Shown: positions 37,901-52,033, numbered from the whole stretch's first letter. The stretch: DNA of 63,876 nucleotides, filler included, from Vezdaea acicularis (GCA_026025075.1; 3 parts of 3 records of this genome joined end to end with filler, not necessarily neighbours in it), one strand, 5' to 3'. Numbers and translations: made by a program. Notes: generated by a model from the letters alone, not told the origin.

Positions 37901-40871
37901 TTTGACCCAGAGTGGGGAGTTTAGGCAGATCTCCGGGGGGTGGGTGCTGACTGGCTTTCAGGGTAGACGCTCGTGACCCAAGATCTGGAGAAGCGTCACC
38001 ATCTGATCTGTGTTTCGACGTAAATTGAGCCCCAACTGGAGGGGAAGGCAGAGCACGGTTCGCATATCCGAGACCGAATGCAGTGTGGTTGGTACCAAGA
38101 GATATTGCAGATGCCGAGGGGCTCTTAATGAACAGTTTCAAGGTACCCTGAGCATCAGCCTTTGTTTTACGCCACAAGCTGAGGGTGCTATCTGTGACAA
38201 GCTCGTCATGCTCGGACTGGCCCAACTCTGTAGCATATATTTGCGCATACTCACTGTCGGCAATTCCCAGGCTCTGACATATGTGACTTCGTAGTAGATC
38301 CGGGGCAGAAATGTCCGTCAGGTCTATAAGCCTGTAGTTTATGCCATCCAGAGTGGCGAGTATGAGTTTTCTCGAAGGAACGCTTCGGGTTGGGGCTCTT
38401 CCCCGAGCAGAGCTAAAGGCTGATTTATCAGCATCTGCCATTGTAGATGCTGATGATGGACGATCTAGGGAGGTGTCGCTTGCGTTCATGCCGGAAAACA
38501 AGGGCGGTGGATATCTTAAATTACTAGGGCTGGTGGGAGAATCAAGACCTTGTTCTTCTGGGGATGGATGAGAGATGCCGGCGTCGTCCTTAGGTTTTCT
38601 ACCCTTCTTGACAAAATTGAATATGCTACGGCCAGGTTTTTTAGTTGTGGCAGATGTCTCTTGCTGTGCTGGAGGACGCGACCCGTCTTCGCCATATCTT
38701 CTCACTGGGACTTCCCCTGCTATGCTGCCTATGCCACTGCGTGGCTGTTGACTTTGTACGCTTGATGATATTGAATCTGTGCTACCCGTTTTGTGATGTC
38801 CTCGCCAGCTGTAGGGTATGTGAGGGAAGTGCGAATTTACACCATTACCTGCTGAAGATGATAACGCGGAATGCGTCGCACCAGGACTCCCACTCTGTGG
38901 ACTTCCATCCGTATGGATTGCTCCACCTTGAAAGCCTACTTTGGTGGGGTCCATGGGAAGCACAGCCTCGCTGGAATTACTAGGACTTTGCCTTCTGTTA
39001 TGAGCAGAACTGTCATTGAACCCGTTCAGAATATCTTTCGTAAAACCAGTGCGGTTCCCTGGCCCATGTCCTTGACCCATGTCGATGGCACTAGTCTCCC
39101 CAGAGACGTTATCCTGGTTGCCAAGAATAGGTGTTGTATGATTCCGCTGATTGGAGTAGCTGCGTGAACCTGCTCCAGAGGATGGAAACTTCATCTGTGG
39201 CGGTCGTCCGGGACTATCGTCTCCTGCTCCAGCAGTAGTAGGCGTGTCCATGCTATTAAGGCTCGGCGAGCCGCTTGCCCCATTCACGGCGGATGGTGGC
39301 ATCTGGGGCGATTCTCTGCGAGGCTTCAAGGTATTACTCCCATTGCTTCCTGTATCAGCGATTCGTCTGATAAGCCGCCTCATCCTCTTTCCCTCTTCCC
39401 GTTCACGCCCTTGGTTCCAACCAGTCCCGCTATGGCTGCATTCTTTTGCCAGTTGAGGATAGATTCGTTGGTGCATCATCCCAAAGTTCCCTCGCCCATT
39501 GTGACCTCTTCCGAGCTCAAGGAATTCTGAGCCTTGAACATTTAGTGCTTTGAATGTCTCTTGCCAGTCGGTTGAGAATTCATTATTGGCCAGCCAAGAG
39601 AGCACACGATCAAGAGGCCAGTGACTTGCCATGTCGTTGGGCGAAATTGGGGTGTTCGAGTTGCTACTCCCAGAACGACGATGAGTATGCACCGGCGCTG
39701 CAAGGACCGAGGATTGATTCGCTAGATGAGGCTGCGGATTTTGCATGGTTGCAGTTGGCGGTCCTGGAGAAGGGTACTCAGAGCTATCTCGGAGAGGCAA
39801 TGTCATATTGTGTTGTCTTTGATTCACTGGTGTCTGCGGCACACTACCTAACTTTCGATCATTTTGGCCTGCGATGTTAGCCTCGCTGCCGAACCTCGTG
39901 ACTTCGCCCCCCCTTGAAGCGATCCTCGGCGTCTGAGGCTGGTTGCTGAAATCGGCGTTATCAACCCGGTTGAAGCTTGACTGTTGCTCCTGCGCAGATC
40001 GATCATTGGAATGGAGAGGCGGAATTCCAACTCCAGGGCCAAATGACTCGCCGTATGGAATATACGTAGCCGATGTCAAAGGTTGGGCATCAGCATGCGG
40101 GTGGCCCTGGGGAGGAATGATGGACAGAGGACCCGCTTGATGACCTCGGTAAGTCTGGATCGGATTATATGGCTGGTTTGTAGTCATCGGTAGAGGTGGC
40201 GGAGGGGGGAGGATGGACGGTCGACCAGTATCGTGGGGTCTCCCCCAGCTTGACTGCCACGAAGGGGGCATCCCGTGTGAGCTACCGGGAGGTGGGCCAG
40301 GAGGCGGCGGTATTGCAACACCATGGGACGACATCTGCAAGCGTGGAGGAGGTGGTGGCGGCGGTGGTAGAGACATCATATGCGCTTGAGGTGCTGGTGG
40401 GGACATGGGTAGTGGCGGCGGGCCAGGTACATATTGGCGCGGTCCATCTATGGGTGTTGCGACTGCTCCCTGCCGTTGGGAAGGCTGGTACGGCGCCGGC
40501 ATCTGCATGCCTGACATCCCGAGGGCGCTTGGGCGATACCCAGTTTGCTGTTGAGGAACTAAAAGCTCTGCAGCAGTATGTGCACGTGGCCTGAGAGGGC
40601 TGGCGGTTTGCAGATATGGTGTACTGGTGCCAGATATGGTGGGATACGGGGAACCGGGTCCGTAGGACGAGATTTGAAGAGCTGGGTTTGTAGAGTTATC
40701 TGCATTAAATCGAGGAACGTCATTCAATACAAGGTCCTCTGGAGTTGATTGGGATGGCTCTTGAGGGAAACGTGAGGGTGAAGGCGACGCCCTGTTCCTT
40801 CTGCCAACTTCTGATGTATTGGATTGAGCAGATGAAGACCGTTGGCGCGACGACTGTCGAGAGGAGCTCAT
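34992..40871 (-). CDS. BCK1: Cell-wall-integrity MAP kinase kinase kinase Bck1/Mkh1
   Basis: About 1900-aa ORF with SAM-like region (WPLDRVLSWLANNEFSTDWQETF) and C-terminal kinase (GKGTYGRV, AVKQV, HRDLKADN, DFG, MQGSVFWMAPE); last exon DPGYRPTAETIL..TGA at 34992. Confidence 0.95.
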
Positions 40872-42070
40872 TTTACTCCCCAATGTTTGACTCTTGGGAC
40901 ACTCAATCCCGCCCACAGTACCGTTAATACGAGGAAATGTTCCGTATTATATCCGTATGTTCGTCCGTCATCCTCGAATCCTCCACCAAAGGTCTAACCA
41001 ACCTATCATCCACCAGTTACAAGACGAACCTATAACGCGATGAAAGTATAAAGAGAGCCCCGAGGCTTGGGTTTGTCCTGTTGAAATTCAGCATCAAGGT
41101 CGAGAGAACTACTTATCAAAACACTTGTTGGAGATTGACTCTGCGAGCGTTGGAAGAAGAGGTTGGCGCAAAAAGCTAGGGAAATACTTACAGGGGATGA
41201 AAAGATCGGGATCCAAAAGGAGGGGGACGCGATCGCAGTCAGATTTACGACTAATTCATGATGAACACAACAAAGCGAAACTGAATCATAGAGAAGAGAA
41301 ACATTATCATGATATGGCAGCGTTTGAAGTCGTAACGGTCCTGCGACGAAAGCTAGCGGACAATCAGTGGTGTCCGTCTTGCTCATGGTTTGGCCAACCC
41401 GCCTCGCTTGCGACTTAGCACGGCGGCTAATCCGCAAGTATTTAAACGAAGGTCGCCGCGGCTGAAGCTCTCGATCGATCTGGTGACTTTTGGCGTCAAT
41501 ATCTCAAGTTTAACTCCACGTCATGGCTCACAGACAGCAGACCCAAGGGCTGTTCTTACACGTGTCGCATCTCGTCAGAGATCCGCCATATAGGCGAAAG
41601 GTCATGGCATGGTCACAAGGCAATTTTCTCATTGAAACGTTCCGCCATGCAGTTCGAGCACAGCAGATTGAGTTGCCATTTACGAGATCTTAAGATTAAC
41701 ATCCACATCAAGATCCTGTACACCAATCTATCCATTGACAGTCCAATGATTAATTAAAAAGCCAAGTACATCTTGGGGCTAATGTCGAGAATGTGCATCA
41801 TGGTGTTGATACTGCATCTTCAGGGTTTCACAAGCCGGCGGCTAGCGATCCTTGTCTTCTCTAAACCCGAGCGCATGGACCCTGGATCAAAAAGCCGCTA
41901 CGGATGACGTCCGATCGTCGTCTAAATCGCATATGATCGGGCTGTCTCCGGCACCTTGCGGGTACTGACCCTTTATCCTGCACAACCCCAGGGCAGCATC
42001 AAATATATTTTCCTACCACATTGCACCTTGTCCCATAGTTCAAGGGTGATATCGAGCATCAGTCGCCTTC

Positions 42071-44070
42071 ATGACGGACTTTCACCTAATCAATTCCTCA
42101 CCGAGGCCTGACAATCGCGATATACCTACTTCTGAGTTGACTACTCCAGTCGATGTTGCGGAATATCTTTTCAGAAGATTACACGAACTCGGTGTTCGTT
42201 CGGTCCATGGTGTGCCGGGTGATTACAACCTAGTGGCTCTTGATTACTTGCCAGATGCAGGCCTCAAATGGGTTGGCAGCGTCAATGAACTGAATGCAGG
42301 TGCGTACAGATAGTCTATTTCAGTCATCGGGGTTTCACTCAACCGCCAGATGCCTCGGTGGAAGTATGAACCATTACAAGCTCGCTACTCAGGGGCTTCT
42401 ACGCTCTACTTCTATTAGACTCACAATCAATCAGGCTACGCTGCAGATGGTTATGCTCGCCTCAAGGGGATCTCTGCTGTTGTCACCACCTTTGGCGTAG
42501 GAGAGCTGTCTGCCATCAACGCTATTGCTGGCGCATACTCTGAGATTGTCCCCATCGTCCATATTGTCGGGGTACCTTCAACAAACGCACAGAAGACTGG
42601 TATGCTTCTACATCACACACTCGGAAATGGGGACTTCAATGTGTTCTCCAATATGAGCAATCAAATCTCCTGTGCCGTTGCCAAGCTTGATAATCCACGT
42701 GAAGCACCCAGGCTCATTGACCACGCTTTAAAAGAGTGTTGGATCCAGAGTCGACCAGTCTACATTACCTTGCCCACCGATATGGTGCAGAAGAAGGTTG
42801 AGGGGGCACGTCTAGAGAAACCTATCGATCTAAGGTATACGCCGAATGATCCCGAGAAGGAGCATTACGTGGTCGATGTTGTACTCAAATATCTGAATGC
42901 GGCAAAGAACCCTGTGATCTTGGTCGATGCATGTGCTATAAGGCATAGGGTAAGTCAAGAGCCTTGAAGTGATCTCACTTTTGTTAATGGCCTCGAAGGT
43001 TCTACCAGAAGTCCACGAATTGGTGAAGAAGTCGAATCTTCCAACCTTTGTCACTCCGATGGGAAAGAGCGCAGTTGACGAGAGTGTGCAAAATTACGGT
43101 GGAGTGTATGCTGGCGACGGCTCAGGGCCAGGTGTACGCGAAAAGGTCGAATCCTCAGACTTGATTCTTAGTATCGGCGCCTTGAAGTCCGATTTCAATA
43201 CAGGTGGTTTCACGTATAAGCTTTCACAGCTCAACATGATCGAGTTCCACTCTAGCTACGTCAATGTTAGGTATTCCGGTTATCCTGGAGTGCAAATGAA
43301 GGGTGTCCTACGTAAGGTCATCGATCAGATGGACCTCAAGCAGCTCTCCTTAACTCCGGGGCCCAGACCAGCCAATTTGATTCGCAAATCTCAAGAGGAC
43401 TTGTCTGGGGGTGAAGCTATAACGCAGTCTTATCTCTGGCCGCGGTTGGGTCAGTGGCTGAGGAAGAACGATATTGTTGTTACAGAGACCGGTACTTCGA
43501 GCTTTGGCATCTGGGAAACAAGGTTTCCAGAAGGCGTTACGGCTGTGAGCCAGGTCCTCTGGGGTAGCATCGGTTATTCTGTTGGGGCTACTCAGGGAGC
43601 CGCCCTTGCTGCGTCCGACATGGGGGTAGAACGGAGAACGATCCTGTTCGTGGGTGACGGGAGCTTCCAGCTGACGGCTCAGGAGGTCAGCACAATGATC
43701 CGCTTGAAGCTCAAGCCTATCATGTAAGTCGCAGATCAGACGTACATGCATGAACTAAGTTGGTGCCAGTTTCGTCTTATGCAACGAAGGCTTCACAATT
43801 GAAAGGTTCATCCATGGTATGGATGCCACCTATAACGACATCCAGCCATGGAAGTTCAAGGATATACTTGCGGTCTTTGGTGCAGACCCAAAAGAGTCAA
43901 AGACCTTTCAGGTCCATACTAAGAAAGGACTGGACGAGCTTTTCGGCGATGAGGCTTTCTCCAGTGCACCATTCATACAGCTCGTGGAGCTACATGTGCC
44001 AAAGAAGGATGCGCCTGTTGCATTGAAGGCTATTGCAGAATCTACTGCTAAGAAAAACGCCCAGGATTAG
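42071..44070 (+). CDS. PDC1: Pyruvate decarboxylase (TPP-dependent), 4 exons
   Basis: [77 protein letters not shown]. Confidence 0.95.
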
Positions 44071-44993
44071 GGGGCTTCAGCCACATGAATATGGTTTGGT
44101 TTTGCCGCCCTGTTGCACAATTCCCCTTGGTTCTCGGTCTTGGTGCAGCAATTGTATGTATATATTAGTGGATCATATATAGGTTCCAAGAGCCGGCAAC
44201 TGTCTCTATCAAAGTTTGTAACTCAACTGCGCATGTAAAGACACGTAATCAAATACCACCAGCAACAATTTCATACGCACTTGTATCAAGAGCCACCAAC
44301 TCATGCGGATGGGGTGTTTACAACTTGTGCCTGGCGAGGTGGTTTGGTGCGGATTCCAATGGTACTCGGCTTTCGGCAAGACGACGTGAGGACCGCGGGC
44401 TACTGAGGGTGGAGCGACGCGTCGCGAAAACAACCGCCGCCCTCAACTTATCCAATTCTGTTTAGTCCTCGCCATGACCATTTTCTAAATTCAGTTCGAT
44501 TTTTATTTAACATCATGGTTCACTTCCTGATTTATTGGTTGTTGATAGAATGGCCTGGATAATGTGAATTTCATGGTATAAAATCTGGTTTCCATTTTGT
44601 CTTATATGATGACCTGGTTTTGTCCCAGAGAGGGAGTCGCTCCGTGGATTACCCATCGAGACCTGATATCAAATGAAATTGTCTACACGTGAAGCGTCAT
44701 ACATTGCAAATTATAATCAGGTAGTATTTGGAATGAAGCTTGGAAGTATTGCCGTTGATGCATGGATATTTCGGGACACCCTATTCATTTTCCAAATGTG
44801 GCATTGCAGAGTGCTGAAAATGGGGATCGTTCAAGCGAGCCGACAATTTAGTTGCGAGCATCGATCCTCTATTTTGGCGCTGCCAATTGTACTTATTTCC
44901 GTTAAACTATGCGGACATATTTACTATGATACAGCGTGGACTAGTTATTCCACAAGATCGCGACGCCCAGCCTTTTTATATTTCTGCCAGCTT

Positions 44994-46754
44994 TTAGGTC
45001 TGCAGCGGCCCCAACAACATCCTTCTTGGATCCTTTATGTACTCTCGCACCTAGAGGGACATCTTAGTGTTATGTAGCGACGGTGACATAGCTAGAAGGT
45101 ACTGACTTTAACCAAGAACCTCGCAGCTTCACTACCATCCAACAAACGATGATCGTAAGTCAGAGCCAGATACATCATCTTCGAATCAAGTTAGCAGTGT
45201 TCGTAAGGTAAAGCGCACATGTAGGGAGTTGAGGATATACCGGTCTGATTTCGATTTTTCCGTTAATCGCCACAGGCCTCTCCGTCGTGGCATGCAAGCC
45301 CAAGACCGCCGTCTGGGGCAGATTGATGATAGGCGTACTCATCATAGAGCCAAAGACACCGCCGTTGCTGATCGTGAATGAACCTCCAGCCATATCCTCA
45401 ATCGTCAGTTTATTATCCCTAGCCTGTATCGGGTGAGCACTCGTATGAAGTTCAACGCGCACATTGTCCACCCACCTTCTTCGCCAGATCCGCAATTGTC
45501 TTCTCAATCTCGATCAATTCCATGGATTCGACATTCCGGACGACAGGAGTGACTAAGCCTTTCTCAGTCGCAACAGCAACACTGATATCCACGTAATCTC
45601 TGTAAACAATGGTATCTCCCCCATTTGGACCCTCGATTGAAGCGTTTACGACAGGGATGTCTCTCATAGCAAGAACGACCGCTCGAGCAAATAAGCTCAT
45701 AAAGCCAAGTTTAATACCTGTCTGTTTTAGTATCTCATCTTTGTAGAGCTTCCTGAACTCTATCGCCGAAGACATATCAACTTCGTTGAATGTGGTCAGA
45801 GAAGCTGCCGTGTTCTGCGACTGCTTGAGCCGCTCTGCTATCCGTAAGCGCATTCGATTCATTTTTACCTGAAGCCGTCAGCCCATTACAACGCAATGGA
45901 GATTTAGAGTATCTCACCCTGCGTTCCTCCCGGTTACCAGATGGACTTTCTGTGGCCTTTGTCTTCGACTCAGGCTTTTTTGCGTCTTGCTGCTTTGGTG
46001 GAGGGGGAGGAGCTGGCACCTGCGGTTTAGACTCCGATGGCTTAGCCTCGGTCTCTTTTGGCCCAGGCTTCCGCTCCGGCTCTGGCGGGGGAGCGGACTC
46101 TTGTGAGGGCTTAGGGTCCGATGAAGTTGGCTGCTCTTTTGGAGCTGGAGACTTCGGCTCTTCCTTTGCCTGTGTCGTTCCACTTTCTTTAGGCGACCCT
46201 CCTGTGTCTATCTTCACAAGATCCTGACCGACTATTACGGTGTCTTCTTCATTCGCGAGGTACTCTTTGATTGTGCCTGGCTCTGGGGCGTTTACAGCAA
46301 CATCAATCTGATATCAGGCAAAGCTCAACATGATATTCTAACCAAAGTCTCCCCCTCCTGCTTACCTTGTCGGTTTCGATGGTAGCAATTTCTTCGTCCT
46401 GTTCGACAAAATCACCGATCTCTATTCTCGTCCCGTCAGCTGGCACTATTAACCATGGCAGAATTTGGCATGTCGATGCGTACGTTTCGACCATTGTTTT
46501 AAGGTTCCTTCCGAAATAGACTCAGCCATCTCGGGTACTTTGACCACTCTCTCCGCTGTGATAGTGATCAATTAGCCTCCAGCTCCCTGCGATGGGGGAG
46601 TCATATACGCACCATAGGACCGGCGCTGGATAAAGCGTGCCCGAATGTCGGGACGAATTGTGGACCGCTGTCCAAGATAAGCTTGGAGCTGCAGACTTCC
46701 ACGTTGACAAGCTCGAACGCTTGCAATGCTTCGCAGACATTGTAGACTCGCCAT
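44994..46754 (-). CDS. KGD2: Dihydrolipoamide succinyltransferase (2-oxoglutarate dehydrogenase E2), multi-exon
   Basis: Presequence; [18 protein letters not shown]; lipoyl site [54 protein letters not shown]. Confidence 0.95.
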
Positions 46755-47331
46755 CACCTCCTCTTCCTATCACAACGGAATTCGTTACGTTGTAGATGTG
46801 CACCGCGGACACGTGCTCTAGTCAGTCTAAGCACTTTTCAGGAGCACGTAGTAATCCGGCTGGTTTTGCGCGGCGAATTTCGCGTTTTCTTCTGGCGAGC
46901 TTTATAGGCGAGCCGAAAGCGGACGAAGTCGAATTCAGCAGCGTCTGACTATGCAAGCGATAGATCGGAGATTGAATTGGGTCGTAATGGTTGGTAGTTG
47001 ATGGATTGTCTGCAGCCCAAGCCTGTCTTCAGTCTTGCTCTCGTAGCACAGCCGTGCTCGTATTCCCTTGGTTGATCTCTCCGAGAGCCACTAGAAAACC
47101 AAACGAATCAAATCGCTCAGTTCGCCAAGAGTACAAGTAGTCGGTTAAATCGTCTACTTGCTTCTTTACCACCCTTCATCACGGCAGAACCCACCCTTGG
47201 TAGTTCTTGAAGAATTACATACCGACCCTCATTCCCTTGGTCCTCTCGTAGGAGGATCTGTTCTCGTTGCCCTTCAGGTTCTCGTTATTGGGTCCTTTTA
47301 TGGTTAGCCCAGATCCTCGTCGTTATCGAAG

Positions 47332-47844
47332 ATGGCGAGCAAACCTGTTGTCTCGTAAGTGCATTGCTCTCGCTGACACTGATATTATTCTGAATGTATG
47401 GTACAGCTCCCTCTACCGCCGTGCGTTAAAACTCTCTCTGGATTGGTCGGTACATCGAGAGCTTTGGCGTGGACAAGCTCTTTACATTCGGTCGCTTTTC
47501 GAAGCCAATAAGGATGTTCGCGATCCGCGACAACAAAAGGTTCGCCAGGATGCGACTTGATAAATCCCGAGAAGCTTTGTCTGAATTATTGCAGGTTTTG
47601 TTCCAAGAGACCGAGGACATATTAGCAGAGTGGAAACACCCCGATCCATACCGTGCCCCTACAGCTCCGGGTGGTAAGTATTGATACAGAATCGCGCCCT
47701 CTACTTGCAGCTAACTAAATTGTGACTAGGCTCTAAATATGAAAGAAATCTTCCTGCGCCGATATTGGACCGTATGTGTCTCTCTTCATAATTCAGCTGG
47801 CTAAATAATTGATAATCTTAGCGCCTCCACCAATGCATCTTTAA
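47332..47844 (+). CDS. NADH:ubiquinone oxidoreductase B22 subunit (NDUFB9, LYR family), 5 exons
   Basis: SLYRRALKLSLDWSVHRELWRGQALYIRSLFEAN; KHPDPYRAPTAPGG|SKYERNLP. Confidence 0.9.
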
Positions 47845-48257
47845 AGCGGATTGAGAGTTCCTTTTACGCGATTTAGACTTGGCATATAATGAACATAGCA
47901 AAGGCCCTACGAAAATGGCATACACTTATTAACTCACCTTCAATTCCATTACTTGTGAAAAAAGCATGAACGTCGGAAATGGTGTAGAACAAACAATGGA
48001 AATTGAGTACAGCTGCATTCTTAGGTTCGTGGAGTAATATTAAAGATTTCACATGTGATGTTATCATAAATTTCACATACGACAAGGGAAGTCAGAGATC
48101 TCATATGCCATTCAAGTTTAGTCCATTGCCATAGACTTAACGTAATGTACAACCCTTAAACGCAAAGTACCCATGGAACCGGTTCCCAACCGACACCCCG
48201 ATATCATAAAAGGAAAAGCATATGCTAAGAAGCCCACGCCAGAAGCAAAGAAATAGC

Positions 48258-48930
48258 TTATAGCTCTTGGCTCGCGTTCTTCCCAGGCTTGCTGGTCTTC
48301 TTTGGGAGCAGGTCTTTGAAACGAGTCAGTGAAATGTATTGGAACAGGAGCTTGAACCCTAACGTACTTTGATGAATGTTGGGTAGGACACCACCTTGGG
48401 CGATTGTGACGTGACCCAAGAGCTTGTTCAATTCCTCATCGTTACGGATGGCGAGCTGAAGATGACGGGGGATAATACGGGTCTTCTTGTTGTCACGAGC
48501 GGCATTACCAGCCAATTCAAGAATTTCGGCCGCTAGGTATTCTAGAACGGCAGCGAGATAGACGGGAGCGCCTAAGAGAATGTTAGAAAGCCTGCTTTAG
48601 ATATAGGGGGGTTCTAGACATACCAGCACCGACACGCTGCGCATAGTTGCCCTTTCGGAGAAGACGGTGAACACGACCAACTGGGAAAGCGAGACCAGCT
48701 TTGGAAGAGCGCCTGTAATGAGATGGGTCAGTCAAGTCAGGCTTAAATTTTGAAAGCAAAGTGTCATCATGATTTGGAATGGAGACCGCGACACCCTTCT
48801 GAAGGCTGTGAACCCAAAACAAGACACATCGAAGATACAGAGTGAGATAGGCAGCTAAATGAAGTGCAAAAACTTACGATTGCGCGTTTTTGCTGCCGCT
48901 GGCCTTGCCGCCTGATTTGCCTCCAGTCAT
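48258..48930 (-). CDS. HTA1: Histone H2A (C-terminal SQEL, H2A.X-type), 4 exons
   Basis: [85 protein letters not shown]. Confidence 0.98.
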
Positions 48931-49454
48931 TTTGACGTTTTTAGATAGATGCGCGTGATTGAGAAGGAATCAGCTTGGGACCTAAGTCGGAGGTGTGATT
49001 AGGCTGTCGATAATATGAGATTGTTGGTTGATATGTGCGAGAGGTGAAAGAAAGATCGGAAGAAGCGACAGCGATGTGGGCGGACGAGGTGTTTATAAAG
49101 CTTTGGCGATTGACGTTGGGTGCCAGGCAGATCAACTCTCGCTAAGTGGGATCAGGCCAATCAGGCGCGAGGCGGGGCAGTTCTGTTGATGCGAAAGCTA
49201 TCGCACCTGATTAGGCTTAGAGCGTGATTTCGCGTGTGCGACGAGGAAGCGAGGCAGCGAACACGGCGAGATCACCCACTCAATTCGCGGACCTATAAGT
49301 ACTGGCGCATCTCGCCATTCGCACCCTTCCCTCGTTCTTGCTCTTTCATCTTTCCATCCAGCTTCACGTACCATATCACTCATCCAGTCCACCTCTTCAA
49401 CTCAAATCCATTCTCCAGTCTTCACGACTTTTGAAGTTATAAATCATCATCAAA
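48931..49454. promoter_or_regulatory. Bidirectional H2A/H2B promoter
   Basis: Divergent histone pair; TATA-like TTTATAAA near 49092 and TATAAG near 49294; CCAAT near 49157; several CGCG motifs. Confidence 0.6.
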
Positions 49455-50108
<654 letters not shown>

Positions 50109-50582
50109 AGTTCTTAACTTCTCGAACCTTGGGTCTTCAACTGCACATTACGAAATGATAATTTGCGGCTGAGCGGTCTGGGATTTGGGGGGCTTTCCTT
50201 TTCTCACGCGTCATGGGATGGTCTGCGTTCGGGGGCAAATGCTCATGGTCTGATTTTTCATGGGGTATTGTGGGTTGTACAATACGAAATATTATAAGTC
50301 GGAATGAAGAAAGCCTTTTTGGCTTCCAGCCAGCAATGAGATCTTCGACATTCATATCTTCTGAGCTCTCAGTGATCGAGTGAGGCCTGAAAATCATCTT
50401 GTACCAACTTCACCGCAATATTGACTGCTCCATTGTAATCTTACCCCACTGTAAGATACTAGCCTCAACAACCTTGGCAACACATTTAAGATATGGTCAA
50501 ATTTCATGAGATGGCTGGATTCGGATGCGATGTTCATGAAGTACCAGATTGGGAGTGTTATTTTAATGGGACCTGACTATCA

Positions 50583-52033
50583 CTAACTCATAAAGGCCAT
50601 GCTGTCGTCCTCATCATCAAATGACTCAACTTCATCGACAGCACTCTGTCTCTCAACGCCTACGCCGTCGAGCAAAGGTTCTGTATCTAATATTCGAATT
50701 ACCGCAGGGCCAGGTACTTCAGCTACGCTTCTTTTCCACTTATTCCAATCATCCTCGTCTCGAATGAGAAAAGCGACAAGCATGCTAGGATCCATCTCTG
50801 TGAGATTAAGCCGTCGTAGTCGGCGGGTGTGGCAAGTATTCACGTCCTCCATGGTATAGTCACGCGGATCCTCAAGATACGGCAGGGCAGGACGCGTTTG
50901 ATGTGGATCCAGGTAGAAGAGATTTGATCCTTGAGCGCCAATGAAATAGTGTGATGATGAAGGCTGGCCACTACGTAGAATCCGACTTAGTAGGTATGAT
51001 TCAGGAATCTCTGAGTAACATACCCAGCAATACCAACTGACTGATGCATTTGCAAGGTAGACTTTAAGCCTTCCCAGTAAGCTGGTGTCACTCTTTCAAG
51101 ACCTAAGCGCGTGCCGACGAGTATCAGGGTGGGTCGAAAAGCGCCGCCTTTTGATCTACAAACTTTCATGAAGCTATCCTCATACACTTCAGAGCCATCC
51201 CCAGTGACGTAGACTCGAAGCCCACTAGCTTCATGTTCATTGCAAAGTGCCCTGTTCAGTCAGCACAGCCAATAGTGCAGTTAGTGATGGAGTCCCACTG
51301 TATGCATTGAGCGGCCGCTGATGGGCCAAACCATTGGCCAGGATGCTTTCCACACGCAGTGGCACCGTGCTCAACGAAGCGATGTATAGAGTATGGCGCC
51401 TTCGGGTCATCTGCAAATAGCGCCAGGATGCGCTTCTCTTCCTCTTCTCTTGTTCCTCGTCTCCAGTCTGCAAGGCGTTAGTTAATGGTAAAGGTTATGG
51501 TGGACTGACGAACCTCGACCAAGATTTAAGATCGATATTGCGTTTGCCAGCACACATTGACCAGACCTAATCATGCAACCCCAGCCTGTATCGGAGGTGA
51601 AACCCCCCTGATCGACTAGTTGGCTCAACCGTGTCGAGAAAGACAAACTCGCAGACGCTTTGGGATCTTGTGACTTTGGAATTGGGGGAAAGTGGGAGCG
51701 GTAAGTAAGCCATATTCGAGATTCGAAGTCGTCTAGAAAGGGCTGTGGCCATGATACTACCTCATCCGAACCCCTAGCTATTTCACTATATGCAAGAGCT
51801 TCATCAAAGCTGTCACTTGAGCTTTCCACCGGAGTGGACGGCGCGCTATGGGATCTTCCAGGCGCCATCGAGCCATTGACGGACGCACTGGAGCTTGGCG
51901 ATAGCTCGTCCCGAGTTCGATACTGCTCGCCGAGGCACCATATTGGAGAGTTTGATGCGTCGTCGTTGATTGGCTCCGGATCCCAGAAGTAACGGACGAT
52001 CTTTTTGTAGCTAGGAAAGTCGACGTTAGTCAT
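50583..52033 (-). CDS. ATG4: Autophagy cysteine protease Atg4
   Basis: [14 protein letters not shown]; catalytic [45 protein letters not shown]. Confidence 0.95.

Noticed and set aside
42300..42434. Long PDC intron 1 as a TPP riboswitch or stwintron
   Set aside because: No CUGAGA/ACCUGAU aptamer core and no viable nested intron.
48730..48775. ATGATGA..CTGA in H2A intron 1 as a snoRNA
   Set aside because: The boxes are only about 35 nt apart, too short, and lie right next to the branch-point region.
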